This document shows positions 39,638-51,640 of a stretch of 64,000 nucleotides of DNA, one piece after another; position 1 is the stretch's first letter, and the number at the start of each line of letters is the position of its first letter. The translations under genes were made by a program, and so were the position numbers. Below the pieces are notes generated by a model. The model did no database searches and was not told the DNA's origin. It saw only the letters and a list, made by a program, of their open reading frames with translations. Source of the DNA: an uncultured delta proteobacterium (lineage in GTDB: Bacteria > Myxococcota > UBA727 > VGSZ01); assembly GCA_963775425.1 (NCBI GenBank), contig CAVZJB010000016.1, forward strand, positions 512,001 to 576,000, read 5' to 3'.

Positions 39638-40517
39638 CGACGCGGTTTCTGCCGCCCTGCTTGCCTTCGTAGAGCTTCTCGTCGGCGCGCTCGATGAAGC
39701 TGTCGACGCTGTCGCCCTTGGCCATCTGGGTGACGCCCATGGAGATGGTCACCGGGATGATGTTCCCCTCGAACTCGTAGCGGGTCTCCTCGATCATCTG
39801 CCGGATCTTCTCGGCGAGGATGACGCCGCGGTCGGCGGGCGTGTCCGGCAGGAGGATGGCGAACTCCTCGCCGCCGTAGCGGGCGAAGCACTCCTCCTTG
39901 CGGATGTTCTTCGTCGAGATGGAGATGGAGAGCTTCTTCAACACGAAGTCGCCGGCGAGGTGCCCGTACTCGTCGTTCACCTTCTTGAAGTGATCGATGT
40001 CGAACATGATGAGCGCCAGGGGTCTTTGATAGCGAGCACAGCGCGCCATCTCGCGATCGATGAACTCGAGGAAGTAGCGCTTGTTGTAGGTCTGCGTGAG
40101 GCCATCGATGATGGCCATCCGGTAGATCTCTTCGTAGTAGAGCTGCTCGATGTTGTCGCCGTCGATGAACTTGAAGATGACGCCGCCGACCTTGACGAAG
40201 TCACCGTTTTTGAGCTTCCGCCTCGACGTCAGCTCCTCGTCGTTGACGAAGGTGCCGTTGGTGGAGCCCATGTCCTCGATGTAGTTGCCGCCGGCGCCCG
40301 CGTAGATCTTGCAGTGCGTGCGCGACACGTTGTCCATGTCGCAGACGATGCCGTTGTCGGGGCCGCGGCCGATGGTGGTCTGCACCTTGTCGAGCGGGTA
40401 CTTGCGCCCGATGTCCTTGCCGTAGATCTGCACGAAGCAGGGGATGCCACCGGCAAGGCGCTTGTCGGCGATCTTGCTGACCTGGGAGACGCGGGTCTTC
40501 TCTTCGCGGGTGACCAC
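39630..40517 (-). CDS. FHA-GGDEF diguanylate cyclase
   Basis: IGRG..SRTH..DMGSTNGT; DIDHFKKVND; RYGGEEF. Confidence 0.93.
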   Translation of the reverse strand: MVTREEKTRVSQVSKIADKRLAGGIPCFVQIYGKDIGRKYPLDKVQTTIGRGPDNGIVCDMDNVSRTHCKIYAGAGGNYIEDMGSTNGTFVNDEELTSRRKLKNGDFVKVGGVIFKFIDGDNIEQLYYEEIYRMAIIDGLTQTYNKRYFLEFIDREMARCARYQRPLALIMFDIDHFKKVNDEYGHLAGDFVLKKLSISISTKNIRKEECFARYGGEEFAILLPDTPADRGVILAEKIRQMIEETRYEFEGNIIPVTISMGVTQMAKGDSVDSFIERADEKLYEGKQGGRNRVVS

Positions 40518-40529
40518 GGGGGGACCGTA

Positions 40530-42020
<1,491 letters not shown>

Positions 42021-42116
42021 GCGGGGAATGTGCCCCGAGCCGCCGCCCCGCGTCAATCAAGCTCCCGGGGTGCTTCCCGCATTGACGTCGACAAGCCCCC
42101 GCGTGATCCCGCCCGC

Positions 42117-42896
42117 ATGAACAAGCTCCTCAAAACGGCCGACGAGGCCGTCAAGGACGTCGCGGACGGGGCCACCCTGATGGTGGGCGGCTTCGGCCTG
42201 TGCGGGAACCCCGAGTCGCTGATCAGCGCCCTGCACCGCAGGGGCACAAAGGGGCTGCACATCATCTCCAACAACTGCGGCACCACCGACAAGGGCCTGG
42301 GCATCCTCCTCGCCGCAGGCCAGGTGAACAAGATGGTGTCCTCGTACGTCGGCGAGAACAAGGAGTTCGAGCGGCGCTACCTGACGGGCGAGCTCGACGT
42401 GGAGCTCAACCCCCAGGGCACCCTGGCGGAGCGCATCCGGGCGGGCGGCGCCGGGATCCCGGCCTTCTACACGGCCACCGGCGTGGGCACCGCGGTCTCC
42501 GAGGGCGGCCTGCCCATCCGGTACAGCGCCGACGGCAAGGTCCTCGTGGAGTCGCCCAAGAAGGAGGTGCGAGCCCTGGTGGACCCGCGCACCGGCAAGG
42601 AGCGCCGGTACGTCCTCGAGACCGGCCTGTTCGCGGACTTCGCCCTGGTGCGGGCTTTCAAGGCGGATGCCTACGGCAACCTGGTGTTCCGAAAGACCGC
42701 GCGGAATTTCTCGCCGATGATGTGCGCGGCGGCGCGGGTGTGCATCGTCGAGGCCGAGCAGATCGTCGACAAGATCGACGGCGACGAGGTGCACGTCCCC
42801 GGCGTCTACGTGAAGCGCCTGATCAAGGTCGAGCACAAGGCCAACTGGATCGAGCAGCGGACCGTCCGTCCGCGCGCAGAAGGGAGCGCGTCATGA
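42117..42896 (+). CDS. scoA: 3-oxoacid CoA-transferase subunit A
   Basis: [33 protein letters not shown]. Confidence 0.93.
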   Translation: MNKLLKTADEAVKDVADGATLMVGGFGLCGNPESLISALHRRGTKGLHIISNNCGTTDKGLGILLAAGQVNKMVSSYVGENKEFERRYLTGELDVELNPQGTLAERIRAGGAGIPAFYTATGVGTAVSEGGLPIRYSADGKVLVESPKKEVRALVDPRTGKERRYVLETGLFADFALVRAFKADAYGNLVFRKTARNFSPMMCAAARVCIVEAEQIVDKIDGDEVHVPGVYVKRLIKVEHKANWIEQRTVRPRAEGSAS

Positions 42897-43573
42897 GCCT
42901 CACCCGCGACCAGATCGTGCAGCGCGCCGCCTTGGAGCTCAAGGACGGGTTCACGGTCAACCTCGGCATCGGCATGCCCACGCTCGTCGCCAACTTCGTG
43001 CCCAAGGGCATCGACGTCGTGCTCCAGAGCGAAAACGGCATGCTCGGCGTGGGCCCGTTCCCGCTCGAGGGCGACGAGGACCCCGACCTCATCAACGCCG
43101 GCAAGCAGACCGTGAGCGAGACGGCGCACACGAGCTTCTTTTCGTCGGCGGACAGCTTCGCGATGATCCGCGGGGGCCACGTCGACCTCACCATCCTCGG
43201 CGCCATGCAGGTGTCCCGGAAGGGAGACATCGCCAACTGGATGATCCCGGGCAAGATGGTGAAGGGCATGGGCGGCGCCATGGACCTCGTCGCGGGCTCG
43301 CCGCGCGTCATCGTCACCATGGAGCACGTCGCGCGCTCGAAGAAAGACCCGCAAAAGGTGGACATGAAGATCGTCGACGAGTGCACGCTGCCGCTCACGG
43401 GGCGCGCGTGTGTCGACATGATCATCACCGACCTCGCCGTGTTCAACGTGAAGCGCGGCGAGGGGCTCACCCTCGTCGAGCACGCGCCCGGCGTCAGCGT
43501 CGACGACATCGTGGCCGCCACCGGCTGCGCCTTCGAGGTCAGCCCGTCGCTGAAGCCCGTCCCCGCCGCGTGA
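42893..43573 (+). CDS. scoB: 3-oxoacid CoA-transferase subunit B
   Basis: NLGIGMP, LQSENG (catalytic Glu), GMGGAMDL. Confidence 0.95.
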   Translation: MSLTRDQIVQRAALELKDGFTVNLGIGMPTLVANFVPKGIDVVLQSENGMLGVGPFPLEGDEDPDLINAGKQTVSETAHTSFFSSADSFAMIRGGHVDLTILGAMQVSRKGDIANWMIPGKMVKGMGGAMDLVAGSPRVIVTMEHVARSKKDPQKVDMKIVDECTLPLTGRACVDMIITDLAVFNVKRGEGLTLVEHAPGVSVDDIVAATGCAFEVSPSLKPVPAA

Positions 43574-43616
43574 CACGCCCCGCCCCCCGCGTGGGCCTCC
43601 CCCGGCGCGTCCGGCG

Positions 43617-44774
43617 ATGAACGCGCTCGACCGCCTCGAAGCGTTCCTCGAGCAGGCGCACCCGGGCTTCGCCGACGATCGCGCGTTGCACGCCGAGGCA
43701 CGCGCGCTGTCGGAGGCGTACACGCGGACGGGCGCCGTCGACGACGGCGCCGCCGGGAGCGTCGCCTACCTCGCCCACTTCGGCCCGCGCGCCGTCGCCG
43801 CCGCCGGCCACGCGCTCTCGTTCGTCCCCGCGGTGCCCGCGCACTGCATCGACGTCGGCGCCGGCTCCGGCGCCTCGGCGCTGGCGCTCTTCGCCGCCGG
43901 CGCGCGTCGCGTGACCCTCGTCGAACGAAGCAAGCCGGCGCTCGCCCTCGCGCGCCGGCTCCTCGAGGGCCTCGACGCCGAGCTCGTCCACACGGACGCG
44001 TGGCGCGGCGGCGCGTCCGCCGCCGGGCCGTCCGCGGGGCCGTTCGCGGGGCCGTTCGCGGGGCCGTTCGCGGGGTCGTTCGCGGGGTCGGGGCGCGGCG
44101 GCGCCGGCCCGGGCCTCGTGTTGTCCGCGTTCGCGTTCGGCGAGCTCGTGGACGGCGCAGGCGGCGCAGGCGGCGACGACGACGCCAAGGAGCGGGCGCG
44201 CGCCGCATTCGCCGCCCTCGAGCGCGCCGCCCCGGGCGCCGCGCACGTCCTCGTCGACGCCGGCGACCGCGCGCATGCCCGCCGCGTCCAGGAGCTGCGC
44301 GACGCGCTCGTCGCCGAGGGCCGGGTGGTGCGCGCGCCGTGTCCGCACACGGACCGCTGCCCCGCCCTCGCGCGCGCCCGCGACTGGTGCCACACCCGCA
44401 TCGACAAGCGCCTCCCCGACAAGCTCGCGCGCTTCGCCCGCGCCGTCGGCCGCGACGACGAGCACATGGCGCTGTCGTTCCTCGTCATGGACCGCGCCGA
44501 TCCCGAGCGCCTCGTCGTCATGGACAGCGCCCATCCGGCGCGCGCCGCCGGCATCCTCGTCATCGGCGACCCGCTCAAGGAGAAGGGCCGCGCGCGCCTG
44601 CCCGTGTGCGGCCCCGGCGGCCTTCGCTTCCTCCAGGCCCTCAAGCGAAACCGCCCCGCCCACGACGCGCTTTTGCACCTCGAGCGCGGCACGCGCCTGC
44701 CCGTGGCGCTCGCCGCCGGCGCGCGCCAGGGGACGGCCGCCGTCGACGACGCCGCCGCCCTCGCGCCGGAGTGA
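43617..44774 (+). CDS. Rsm22-like SAM-dependent methyltransferase
   Basis: AYLAHFGP, DVGAGSG, APCPHTDRCP..DWCH. Confidence 0.78.
   Translation: MNALDRLEAFLEQAHPGFADDRALHAEARALSEAYTRTGAVDDGAAGSVAYLAHFGPRAVAAAGHALSFVPAVPAHCIDVGAGSGASALALFAAGARRVTLVERSKPALALARRLLEGLDAELVHTDAWRGGASAAGPSAGPFAGPFAGPFAGSFAGSGRGGAGPGLVLSAFAFGELVDGAGGAGGDDDAKERARAAFAALERAAPGAAHVLVDAGDRAHARRVQELRDALVAEGRVVRAPCPHTDRCPALARARDWCHTRIDKRLPDKLARFARAVGRDDEHMALSFLVMDRADPERLVVMDSAHPARAAGILVIGDPLKEKGRARLPVCGPGGLRFLQALKRNRPAHDALLHLERGTRLPVALAAGARQGTAAVDDAAALAPE
44025..44090. repeat. 12-bp tandem repeat (~5.5 copies) encoding (GPFA)n
   Basis: Unit gggccgttcgcg inside the methyltransferase gene. Confidence 0.85.
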
Positions 44775-44905
44775 GCCCTCCGTCGCCGGTCGGGCGCGCC
44801 CTCGACGAGGCCCGGCCGACGCATGACACGGGGCGCGCCGCCGCGGCGGGTGGGCGCTCGGCCCCGGGCATGGTCCCGCTGGTGTCGGTCGCGTAGCCTC
44901 GCCCG

Positions 44906-45673
44906 GTGAGCGCGCTCCCCGTCGTCGACGACCGGCCCGCCTTGGCGGAGCACGTCCCCGGTTCGCTCGAGTCGGGGCTCGCCGCCTTGTGGCAGTCGGC
45001 CGGCCGGCGGGTGAACACGCTGCGGTACTGGCGCGAGTCGCTCGCCTTGCGGCGCCGCTTTCATCTGCGCTTCCTCCGCCTCGGGCAGCTCAAGGTCGCG
45101 GTGCCGCGGGGCAAGACCCCGGACTGCGACGCCTGCACCGAGATCTGCTGCACGGGGCCGGACGCCGTGGTCTCGCTCCGCCTGCGCGACATCGCGGCGC
45201 TCGTCGACGCGGGGCTCGAGCGCCACATCGCGCCGTCGTCGGCGGTGCGCCCGGCGCTCGCGCCGTCGACGCGCCGCGAGCGGAAGGCGGTGACGTGGGC
45301 GCGGCAGGAGGCCGACGGCTCGGTCTTCCACCAGGTCTTCCCGGTGCTCGCCCGCGACGACACCGGCACCTGCTCGCTGCTCACCGAGGATCGCTTGTGC
45401 GGCGCGTATCCGCACTGGCCGCTGTCGTGCGCGCGCTATCCGTACGCGCTCGACCTGCGCTTGGGCGTGGTGTTCTACGCCCGGAGCTGCGGCTCGTATC
45501 ACGAGGTCCCCGCCGTCGATGCGCCGGTGCACGTGCGAGCGTTGCTTCGCGCCGTCGTTGACGCGTACAACGAGCGTGTGAAGGACGCCGTGCTCCTCCA
45601 TGTCGCGCGGCCGGAGCTCGAGGCGCTCGGGCTCCTGCGCTTCCTCGACCTCGAAGCGCTCAAGCGGAGGTGA
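44906..45673 (+). CDS. YkgJ-family (CxxCxxxCC) putative Zn/Fe-chelating protein
   Basis: CDACTEICC, CSLL..CGAY..PLSCARYPY. Confidence 0.8.
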   Translation: MSALPVVDDRPALAEHVPGSLESGLAALWQSAGRRVNTLRYWRESLALRRRFHLRFLRLGQLKVAVPRGKTPDCDACTEICCTGPDAVVSLRLRDIAALVDAGLERHIAPSSAVRPALAPSTRRERKAVTWARQEADGSVFHQVFPVLARDDTGTCSLLTEDRLCGAYPHWPLSCARYPYALDLRLGVVFYARSCGSYHEVPAVDAPVHVRALLRAVVDAYNERVKDAVLLHVARPELEALGLLRFLDLEALKRR

Positions 45674-46323
45674 CCGTGCTCCTCAAGTGGATCGTCTGCC
45701 GGGTCGCCGCCGACAAGGCAGCCGCGTTCTCGCAGGCGCAGCGCGCGTGGGGCGCCTGCGCCGACGCCGTCGGCTTCCTCGGCCAGGCCGGCGGCTTCGC
45801 CGGCGACGACGCGTGCGTCGCCGCGCTCTGGTCCGACGAGCCCGCGCTCGCGGCGTTCATGGCCCACCTCCACGACCCGATCGTCGCGGGGACGGTGCAG
45901 GAGCGGACCTACGAGTCGCTCGAGACCACGCCCTTTCGCCCGCTGTTGCGCATGCGCGCGGCGAGCGGCGCGCGCGCCTCGCTCGCCTCCGTCGTGGACG
46001 CCGTCGTCGACGCCACGGTCATTCGCGTCGCGGACTGCCGCGTGAGGGACGGCCGCGCGGACCACTTCGTCGACGCGCAGCTGCGCGTCTGGCTCCCGGG
46101 CATGGCCGCGGCGCCGGGCATGCGCGGCGGCTTCTTCTCGGTCTCTCAGGAGGACCCGCGGCGCTTCCTCGTCGTCACCGGCTGGGACGCCGCCGCGGCC
46201 CACGACGCCTACGCCAAGGAGCGCGTCCCCGAGCTGCGCGCGGCGGCCTCCGTCGACGACGACCTCGAGAGCCTGCGGGGCCACCGGGTGCTCTGCGAGC
46301 CGAGCTGGCGCGTCCACCCCTGA
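45670..46323 (+). CDS. Tandem ABM/dimeric alpha-beta barrel protein (YdbC/DUF4937-like)
   Basis: LLKWIVCRV..FSQAQRAW..GFLGQAGG; second repeat Q..VW.PGMAAAPGM. Confidence 0.7.
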   Translation: MTVLLKWIVCRVAADKAAAFSQAQRAWGACADAVGFLGQAGGFAGDDACVAALWSDEPALAAFMAHLHDPIVAGTVQERTYESLETTPFRPLLRMRAASGARASLASVVDAVVDATVIRVADCRVRDGRADHFVDAQLRVWLPGMAAAPGMRGGFFSVSQEDPRRFLVVTGWDAAAAHDAYAKERVPELRAAASVDDDLESLRGHRVLCEPSWRVHP

Positions 46324-46386
46324 GCGCGCCGCCGGACGCAGCGCACCGAGGCCGGCACGCCGGTGGTCGGCGCGGCGCGGCGCTCG

Positions 46387-47322
46387 TCACACCGCAGGGT
46401 ACGGCTGGGAGCGCGTCTGCAGGACCACCACGCCGTCGTCGCAGCCGATGTGCAGGAGCTCGCCGACCAACGCGGTCTCGCCCGGGATCTTCCGGTCCTC
46501 GTCGAGCTCCACGGCGTCGACGACGCGCACCGGGGCGCCGCCGGCGTCGGCGTACAGCGTGTTCCAGCGGCCGACGCCGCGGACGAACGTGAACACCCGC
46601 CGCGCGCCGAGCGCGGGATCCACGAGGTGATCGGCGGGCGCGGGCCGCGGCGCGTGCGTGGCCCGCGCAGCGTCCTGCGGGCGGGGACGAAGCGTCCCCG
46701 CGCCGAGCTGGGCGAGCGCCGACACCGTCATGCGCGCCGCGCGCTGCGCCAGGTCGTCCACGAGGTCCTCGCCGGCCGTCCCGAACGGCAAGGCCACCGC
46801 CTCCTGCAACAGGACGTCCCCGTCGTCCTCGCCCGGCGCGACCTGATGGAGGGTCAGCCCCGTCTCCGCCACGCCGTCGCGGAACGTCCAGAACAACGGC
46901 GCCGGCCCGCGGTACGACGGCAGCAGCGACGGGTGCAGGTTGACGACGCCCAGCGGCGCGGCGCGAAGGAAGGCGGGCTTCAAGAGCTGATTGAAGAAGG
47001 AGACCACCACGACGTCGACGGCCTCACGCTTCACGAGGTCGACGGCGGCGGGGCACGAGGCGTCCCCGACCAGGTACGCAGGCACGTCGCTCCGCGCCGC
47101 CACGACGAAGGGGTTTCGCCGCCCGTCGTCGGCGCGCGTCATGCCGAGTGCGCGCTTGACGGCGACGTCGAAGCCGCGGTGGCGCTTGAGCACCGGCTTT
47201 CTGCGGGTGTCGAGGCCCCCCATCGGTCGCATCACGAAGCGCACGTCGTGCCCGGCCTCGAGCAACGCCTCGAGCGGCCTCACGGAGAACACGCTCTCCA
47301 TGCACAGGAAGCCCACCCTCAT
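46387..47322 (-). CDS. Methionyl-tRNA formyltransferase-like formyltransferase
   Basis: NLHPSLLPSYRGPAP, GLTLH, DDGD; N-terminus diverges from canonical Fmt. Confidence 0.85.
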   Translation of the reverse strand: MRVGFLCMESVFSVRPLEALLEAGHDVRFVMRPMGGLDTRRKPVLKRHRGFDVAVKRALGMTRADDGRRNPFVVAARSDVPAYLVGDASCPAAVDLVKREAVDVVVVSFFNQLLKPAFLRAAPLGVVNLHPSLLPSYRGPAPLFWTFRDGVAETGLTLHQVAPGEDDGDVLLQEAVALPFGTAGEDLVDDLAQRAARMTVSALAQLGAGTLRPRPQDAARATHAPRPAPADHLVDPALGARRVFTFVRGVGRWNTLYADAGGAPVRVVDAVELDEDRKIPGETALVGELLHIGCDDGVVVLQTRSQPYPAV

Positions 47323-47336
47323 CTGCGCGCCCTCTC

Positions 47337-50300
47337 CTACTCGAGATGGTACACGACGACGCGCCCGGGCCGGTCGGTTTCGAAGTACGGGGCGCCGCCC
47401 GCGATGAGGATATCGACGTCGCGGTCGCGGTCGATGTCGCCGGCGGCGAAGTTGTTGAGCTGCAGGTGCTCGTTGCCGAACGAGGGCAAAGCGCCGCTGC
47501 CGTCTACGTACGTGCCGTCGCCGCGGTTGATGAACACCCGGAGCTGCGCGTGGGTGTCGAACAGGTCGCGCGTGCCCCCGAACAGCAGATCGAGGTCGCC
47601 GTCGTCGTCGAGGTCCACCAGCGCGCTGCCCACGGTGCAGCTCTGCGTGAGCGACGGAAGCGCCGCGGTGTCGCGCACGAGGTCTCCGCCTTCGTTCCTC
47701 AAGAGCACCTCGCCGAAGTCGCCGTCGCACACGGTGGTGACGATGTCGGGGTCGCCGTCGCCGTCGACGTCGCCGGCGTCGAGGTCATAGAGGTCGCCGA
47801 AGATGTTCAAGAGGCCGGCGGGAAACTCCGGGACGAAGCCGAGCCCTTCGTTCACGCGGTTTCGCAGGACGCGGTTCTGCTCCGAGGGGAACGTGGTGTT
47901 GTTGGTGACGATGACGATGTCGCCGTCACCGTCGCCGTCGAGATCGGCGGCGATGACCTTGTGATCGTGCACCCACGCGGTCCGGTGGGGCACGAGGTCG
48001 GAGCGGTCGTCGAACCCGTTGTCCACCTGCTCGAGCAGCACGTCGGGCCCGATGACGCTCGGGTCGCAGCCGCCGCCGCCGAATTCGTTGGGGTCGCAGC
48101 CCGCGGAGAGGTTGTAGATGTCGGGGCGGCCGTCGCCGACGACGTCGAGAAACTCGGCGTCGAACGCGTCGTCGGCGGAGCCGGTGCCGAGGTCGACGCG
48201 CTCGAAGACGAAGCCGCCCCGGTTCTCCATGAGGATGGGGCCGCTGCCGTTGGTGGCGCCGATGAGGACGTCGGGGCGGCCGTCGCCGTCGGCGTCGGCG
48301 ACGGAGGTGTTGTTGGCGACGGTGAAGACGTTGATGTCGCGGCGCGTGAACACGCCGTGACCGTCGTTCTCCCACACGCTCGTGTCCTGCGGGATCTCCT
48401 GGGTGTTGCCGAAGCGGTCCTGGATCACGTTGCCCGTGGCCACCACGGCGTCGAGGTCGCCGTCGCCGTCGAAGTCCGCGAGGTCGACGTCGTTGCAGTT
48501 CTCGCCGTTCATCGGGAAGTCCGACGAGTGCGCGGCGTAGGTGCGGTAGTGGAACGCGGCCGTGCCCGTCTCGCTGGTGCCGTCGGGGTTCACGAAGCGC
48601 ACGTCGACGTCGCCGTGGCCGTTTCCCGCGAGCGCCGACGCCGGCGTCTGACAGACGAATTCGCGCGAGGACACGAAGGTGCAATCGGCCGCGACGCCCC
48701 CGAAGGTGATGACGGCGTCCGCTTGCATGCCGGCGCTGCGCACGCGCACCCGGGTGAAGCCGACGGGCAGGCCGTGGTCGGGCGTGACGGCGACGCCGAG
48801 GTAGCGATAGATGCCCTCGGCCGTGTCCTCCTGCGCGTCGGGGTTCACCACGCGCACGTCGGCCGGGCCCTCCGCGCCCGGCGGCGTGGTGCAGGTGATC
48901 TCCTGCGCGCTCACGACGTCGGCGCCGCTGCAGGGGGCGCCGTCGATGAACACCAGCGCGCCCTCCTGGAAGAAGTCGCCGTTCACCGTGACCTCTTCGC
49001 CGCCGAAGGTGGGCCCCTCGGGCGGGTCCGCGGAGTCCACGCGCGGCGGCGCGATGTAGAGGTACGCGTCCGCCGCCGTCCCCGACGACAGCGGGTGGTT
49101 TTGCACCGTGACGTCGGCGAAGCCCGGATCGCCCGGCGGCGTCGTGCACTGCAGCGACGACGTCGAGGTGACCTCGACGTCGGTGCACGCGCCGTCGGCG
49201 AAGAGCACCGTGAAGTCCTCGCCCTCGATCTGCCGGAAGAAGCGCCCCTCGACCACCACGCGCGTGCCGCCGGCGGTGGGCCCCGAGGGCGGCGCCACCG
49301 CCGTGACCTCGGGCGGCCAGAAGTACACGAGGCCCGCGGGGAGCGTGCCGCTGCGCGTGTCGCCGGGCTCGGTGCGGGTGACGGTGACGTCGACGGCGAG
49401 CAGGCCGCTCGAGGGCGCCGGGTCGAGCCCGGCCGGCACCGGGGGCACGCGCACGAGCAGCTCCGCGGAGCCCGTCTGGGAGATCACCTCGCCGGCGGCG
49501 CCGCCGAAGCTGACGTCGTCGGCGTCGGAGAGGCCCGAGCCGAGCACGCGCACCTCGACGCCGCCCGCGACGGGGACGAGCGACGGCACCACCTCGACGA
49601 CGATGGGCGGCCCGAGGAAGCCGTAGCCCCCCGGCAGGGTGTCCTGCTGGCCGTCGTCGTTTTCCACGGTGACGTCGGCGGCGCCGGGCGTGCCCGCGGG
49701 CGTGGCGCAGGTGAGCGTGGCCGCATCGAGGACCACCACGTCGGTGCACGGCGCGCCGCCGATGGTCACGACGGCGCCGTCGCGGAAGCCGTCGCCGTCG
49801 ACGGTGACGACGGTGCCGCCCTCGCTCGAGCCCTGGCCGGGATCGACGGCGGTGACCAGGGGCGCCTGGATGTACTCGTAGCCGTCGGGCAACACGCCCT
49901 GCCCGGTGGCGCCCACCTCGTCGCGCACGACGACGTCGACGAGGCCGTGGTGGCCCGGCGGCGTGTCGCAGTCGAGCTCGGTGTCGTCGACGAGCCGCTG
50001 GTGACGGCAGGGGACGCCGTCGAAGGAGCCGCGGACGCCGTCGACGAAGTTCCCGCCGCGGATGATGACGGCGGTGCCGCCGGCCTCGGGCCCGGACGCG
50101 GGCTCGACGGAGTCGACGATGGGGGACGGCACGAAGGTGAACGCGCTCTCGAGGAGCGCCACGCGGCCGTCGGGGTTCGTGAGGCGTACGTCGACGACGC
50201 CCGGGTCCTCGGGGCTCGTCACGGCGGCCACGAGGTCCTCCCGCAGCCACTCCACCGATGTCGCCTCGACGGCGCCGAAGAGCACCACGGCGCCGGGCCG

Positions 50301-50777
50301 CAGGTCGTCGCCGTGGATCTCGACGCGGGTCCCGCCGCTCGCGGGGCCGGTGTCGGGGTCGATGCGGGCGATGGCGGGCGCCGACGGCACCGGCCCCACG
50401 CGGAACGCGTAGGGATCCCCGAGGGGGTTTTGCGCGCAACGATCGCCCGTGTCGCAGACGGTGAGCGTCCACTGCACCACGCTGCCGAGCGGCTGCCCGG
50501 GGATGAGGCCCTTCAGCCGCGTGCCCTTCTGGAGCGTCTCGTCGACGACGACGGCCAGCGGCACGGTGCCCGCGCGCGGCACGGTCAGCGGGCCCGCCAC
50601 CGACCACGACAGCGTCGACGCGCCGATGCCGTCGTCGTCGTGGGCGATGACGCGCGCCTCGTACGGCCCGCTCTCGATGGAGGTGTCGCTGACGACGGCG
50701 GCCTCGAGCACGTCCGGCGGCGGGTTTTCGCAGCCGGCGACGACGGCGAAGGCGACGAGCCCGAGGAGCGCCTTCAT
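47337..50777 (-). CDS. Lipoprotein with ~7 IPT/TIG domains and an FG-GAP beta-propeller
   Basis: Lipobox VAGC; repeated P..GP..GGT.V.I.G; seven DxDxDGxxD-like loops. Confidence 0.9.
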   Translation of the reverse strand: MKALLGLVAFAVVAGCENPPPDVLEAAVVSDTSIESGPYEARVIAHDDDGIGASTLSWSVAGPLTVPRAGTVPLAVVVDETLQKGTRLKGLIPGQPLGSVVQWTLTVCDTGDRCAQNPLGDPYAFRVGPVPSAPAIARIDPDTGPASGGTRVEIHGDDLRPGAVVLFGAVEATSVEWLREDLVAAVTSPEDPGVVDVRLTNPDGRVALLESAFTFVPSPIVDSVEPASGPEAGGTAVIIRGGNFVDGVRGSFDGVPCRHQRLVDDTELDCDTPPGHHGLVDVVVRDEVGATGQGVLPDGYEYIQAPLVTAVDPGQGSSEGGTVVTVDGDGFRDGAVVTIGGAPCTDVVVLDAATLTCATPAGTPGAADVTVENDDGQQDTLPGGYGFLGPPIVVEVVPSLVPVAGGVEVRVLGSGLSDADDVSFGGAAGEVISQTGSAELLVRVPPVPAGLDPAPSSGLLAVDVTVTRTEPGDTRSGTLPAGLVYFWPPEVTAVAPPSGPTAGGTRVVVEGRFFRQIEGEDFTVLFADGACTDVEVTSTSSLQCTTPPGDPGFADVTVQNHPLSSGTAADAYLYIAPPRVDSADPPEGPTFGGEEVTVNGDFFQEGALVFIDGAPCSGADVVSAQEITCTTPPGAEGPADVRVVNPDAQEDTAEGIYRYLGVAVTPDHGLPVGFTRVRVRSAGMQADAVITFGGVAADCTFVSSREFVCQTPASALAGNGHGDVDVRFVNPDGTSETGTAAFHYRTYAAHSSDFPMNGENCNDVDLADFDGDGDLDAVVATGNVIQDRFGNTQEIPQDTSVWENDGHGVFTRRDINVFTVANNTSVADADGDGRPDVLIGATNGSGPILMENRGGFVFERVDLGTGSADDAFDAEFLDVVGDGRPDIYNLSAGCDPNEFGGGGCDPSVIGPDVLLEQVDNGFDDRSDLVPHRTAWVHDHKVIAADLDGDGDGDIVIVTNNTTFPSEQNRVLRNRVNEGLGFVPEFPAGLLNIFGDLYDLDAGDVDGDGDPDIVTTVCDGDFGEVLLRNEGGDLVRDTAALPSLTQSCTVGSALVDLDDDGDLDLLFGGTRDLFDTHAQLRVFINRGDGTYVDGSGALPSFGNEHLQLNNFAAGDIDRDRDVDILIAGGAPYFETDRPGRVVVYHLE

Positions 50778-51163
50778 CGCGGCTTCCGCGTGCTGCCGGT
50801 GGGCGGCGTGTCCGTGGCGAAGACGGGCTTGGGCGCGGTGGGGGCGCGCGCGAGCTTCTTGCGCAGGAGCGCCTCGCGGGGATCCGGGGGCACGCGCGGC
50901 ACCGCTTTCCCGGGCGCCTCGGCGGCGGGCGCGGCGGCGTCGGGGGCCTCCATCGCCCCGGTGGCCATGGCGGCGGCGTCGGGGGCGCCGGTGGGGCGCT
51001 TGCCCGGCCGCGCCGGGGCCTCGTCCTCGTCGGCGAGCACGGCGCGCGCGGGCGCGTCCTTGAGCACGTCGCCGAAGCCCTTCTCGGGAGCCTTGTGCCA
51101 GGCGCGCTTGTGCCGCGCGGCCTCCTCCTCGAGCTCCTGGATCTTCTCCGGGTCCGTCGACAT
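50774..51163 (-). CDS. Hypothetical protein
   Basis: ATGA-coupled to the downstream gene; start may be 51211. Confidence 0.55.
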   Translation of the reverse strand: MSTDPEKIQELEEEAARHKRAWHKAPEKGFGDVLKDAPARAVLADEDEAPARPGKRPTGAPDAAAMATGAMEAPDAAAPAAEAPGKAVPRVPPDPREALLRKKLARAPTAPKPVFATDTPPTGSTRKPR

Positions 51164-51229
51164 CCCGGTCCCGACGATCCCCCGCGGCTCGACCCGGCGA
51201 TGCTCGGCCATGCGGCGAGCGTAGCGCGG

Positions 51230-51640
51230 TCAACCGCCCAGGGGCACGTCGGGGGTGACGGATTTCACCCCGAGCTTGCCGACGAGCGCGCGCAGAGACT
51301 CCACCTTGCCGGGCTCGATCTCGACGGTGATGGCGTTCGACATCCACCACACCTCGACCACCTGGCCGCCGAGCGCGACCACCTGCCCCTCGACGTCGGA
51401 GTGCGCCTGCTTGAGCTTGGCGCGCGCCTTCTCCGCGAAGGCGTCGGCCTTGTCGTCGTCGCCGTCTTTGAGCAGCTCCCGGTACGCGCCCAGGTCGCCG
51501 TCGCCTCCGTCGAACGCCACGATCCAGCGCTCGCGGCCCTCGCTGCCGAGCACGTGCTTGCCCGGCGGCGCCGCCTTCTTTCCCGGGCAGCCGGCCGCCG
51601 ACAACGCCACGGCCGCAAGGAGAGCGAGGATGACCCTCAT
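51230..51640 (-). CDS. Lipoprotein resembling a stand-alone subtilisin propeptide (I9-like)
   Basis: Lipobox AAGC; WIVAFD...VEVWWMSNAITVEI...VKSVTPD. Confidence 0.55.
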   Translation of the reverse strand: MRVILALLAAVALSAAGCPGKKAAPPGKHVLGSEGRERWIVAFDGGDGDLGAYRELLKDGDDDKADAFAEKARAKLKQAHSDVEGQVVALGGQVVEVWWMSNAITVEIEPGKVESLRALVGKLGVKSVTPDVPLGG

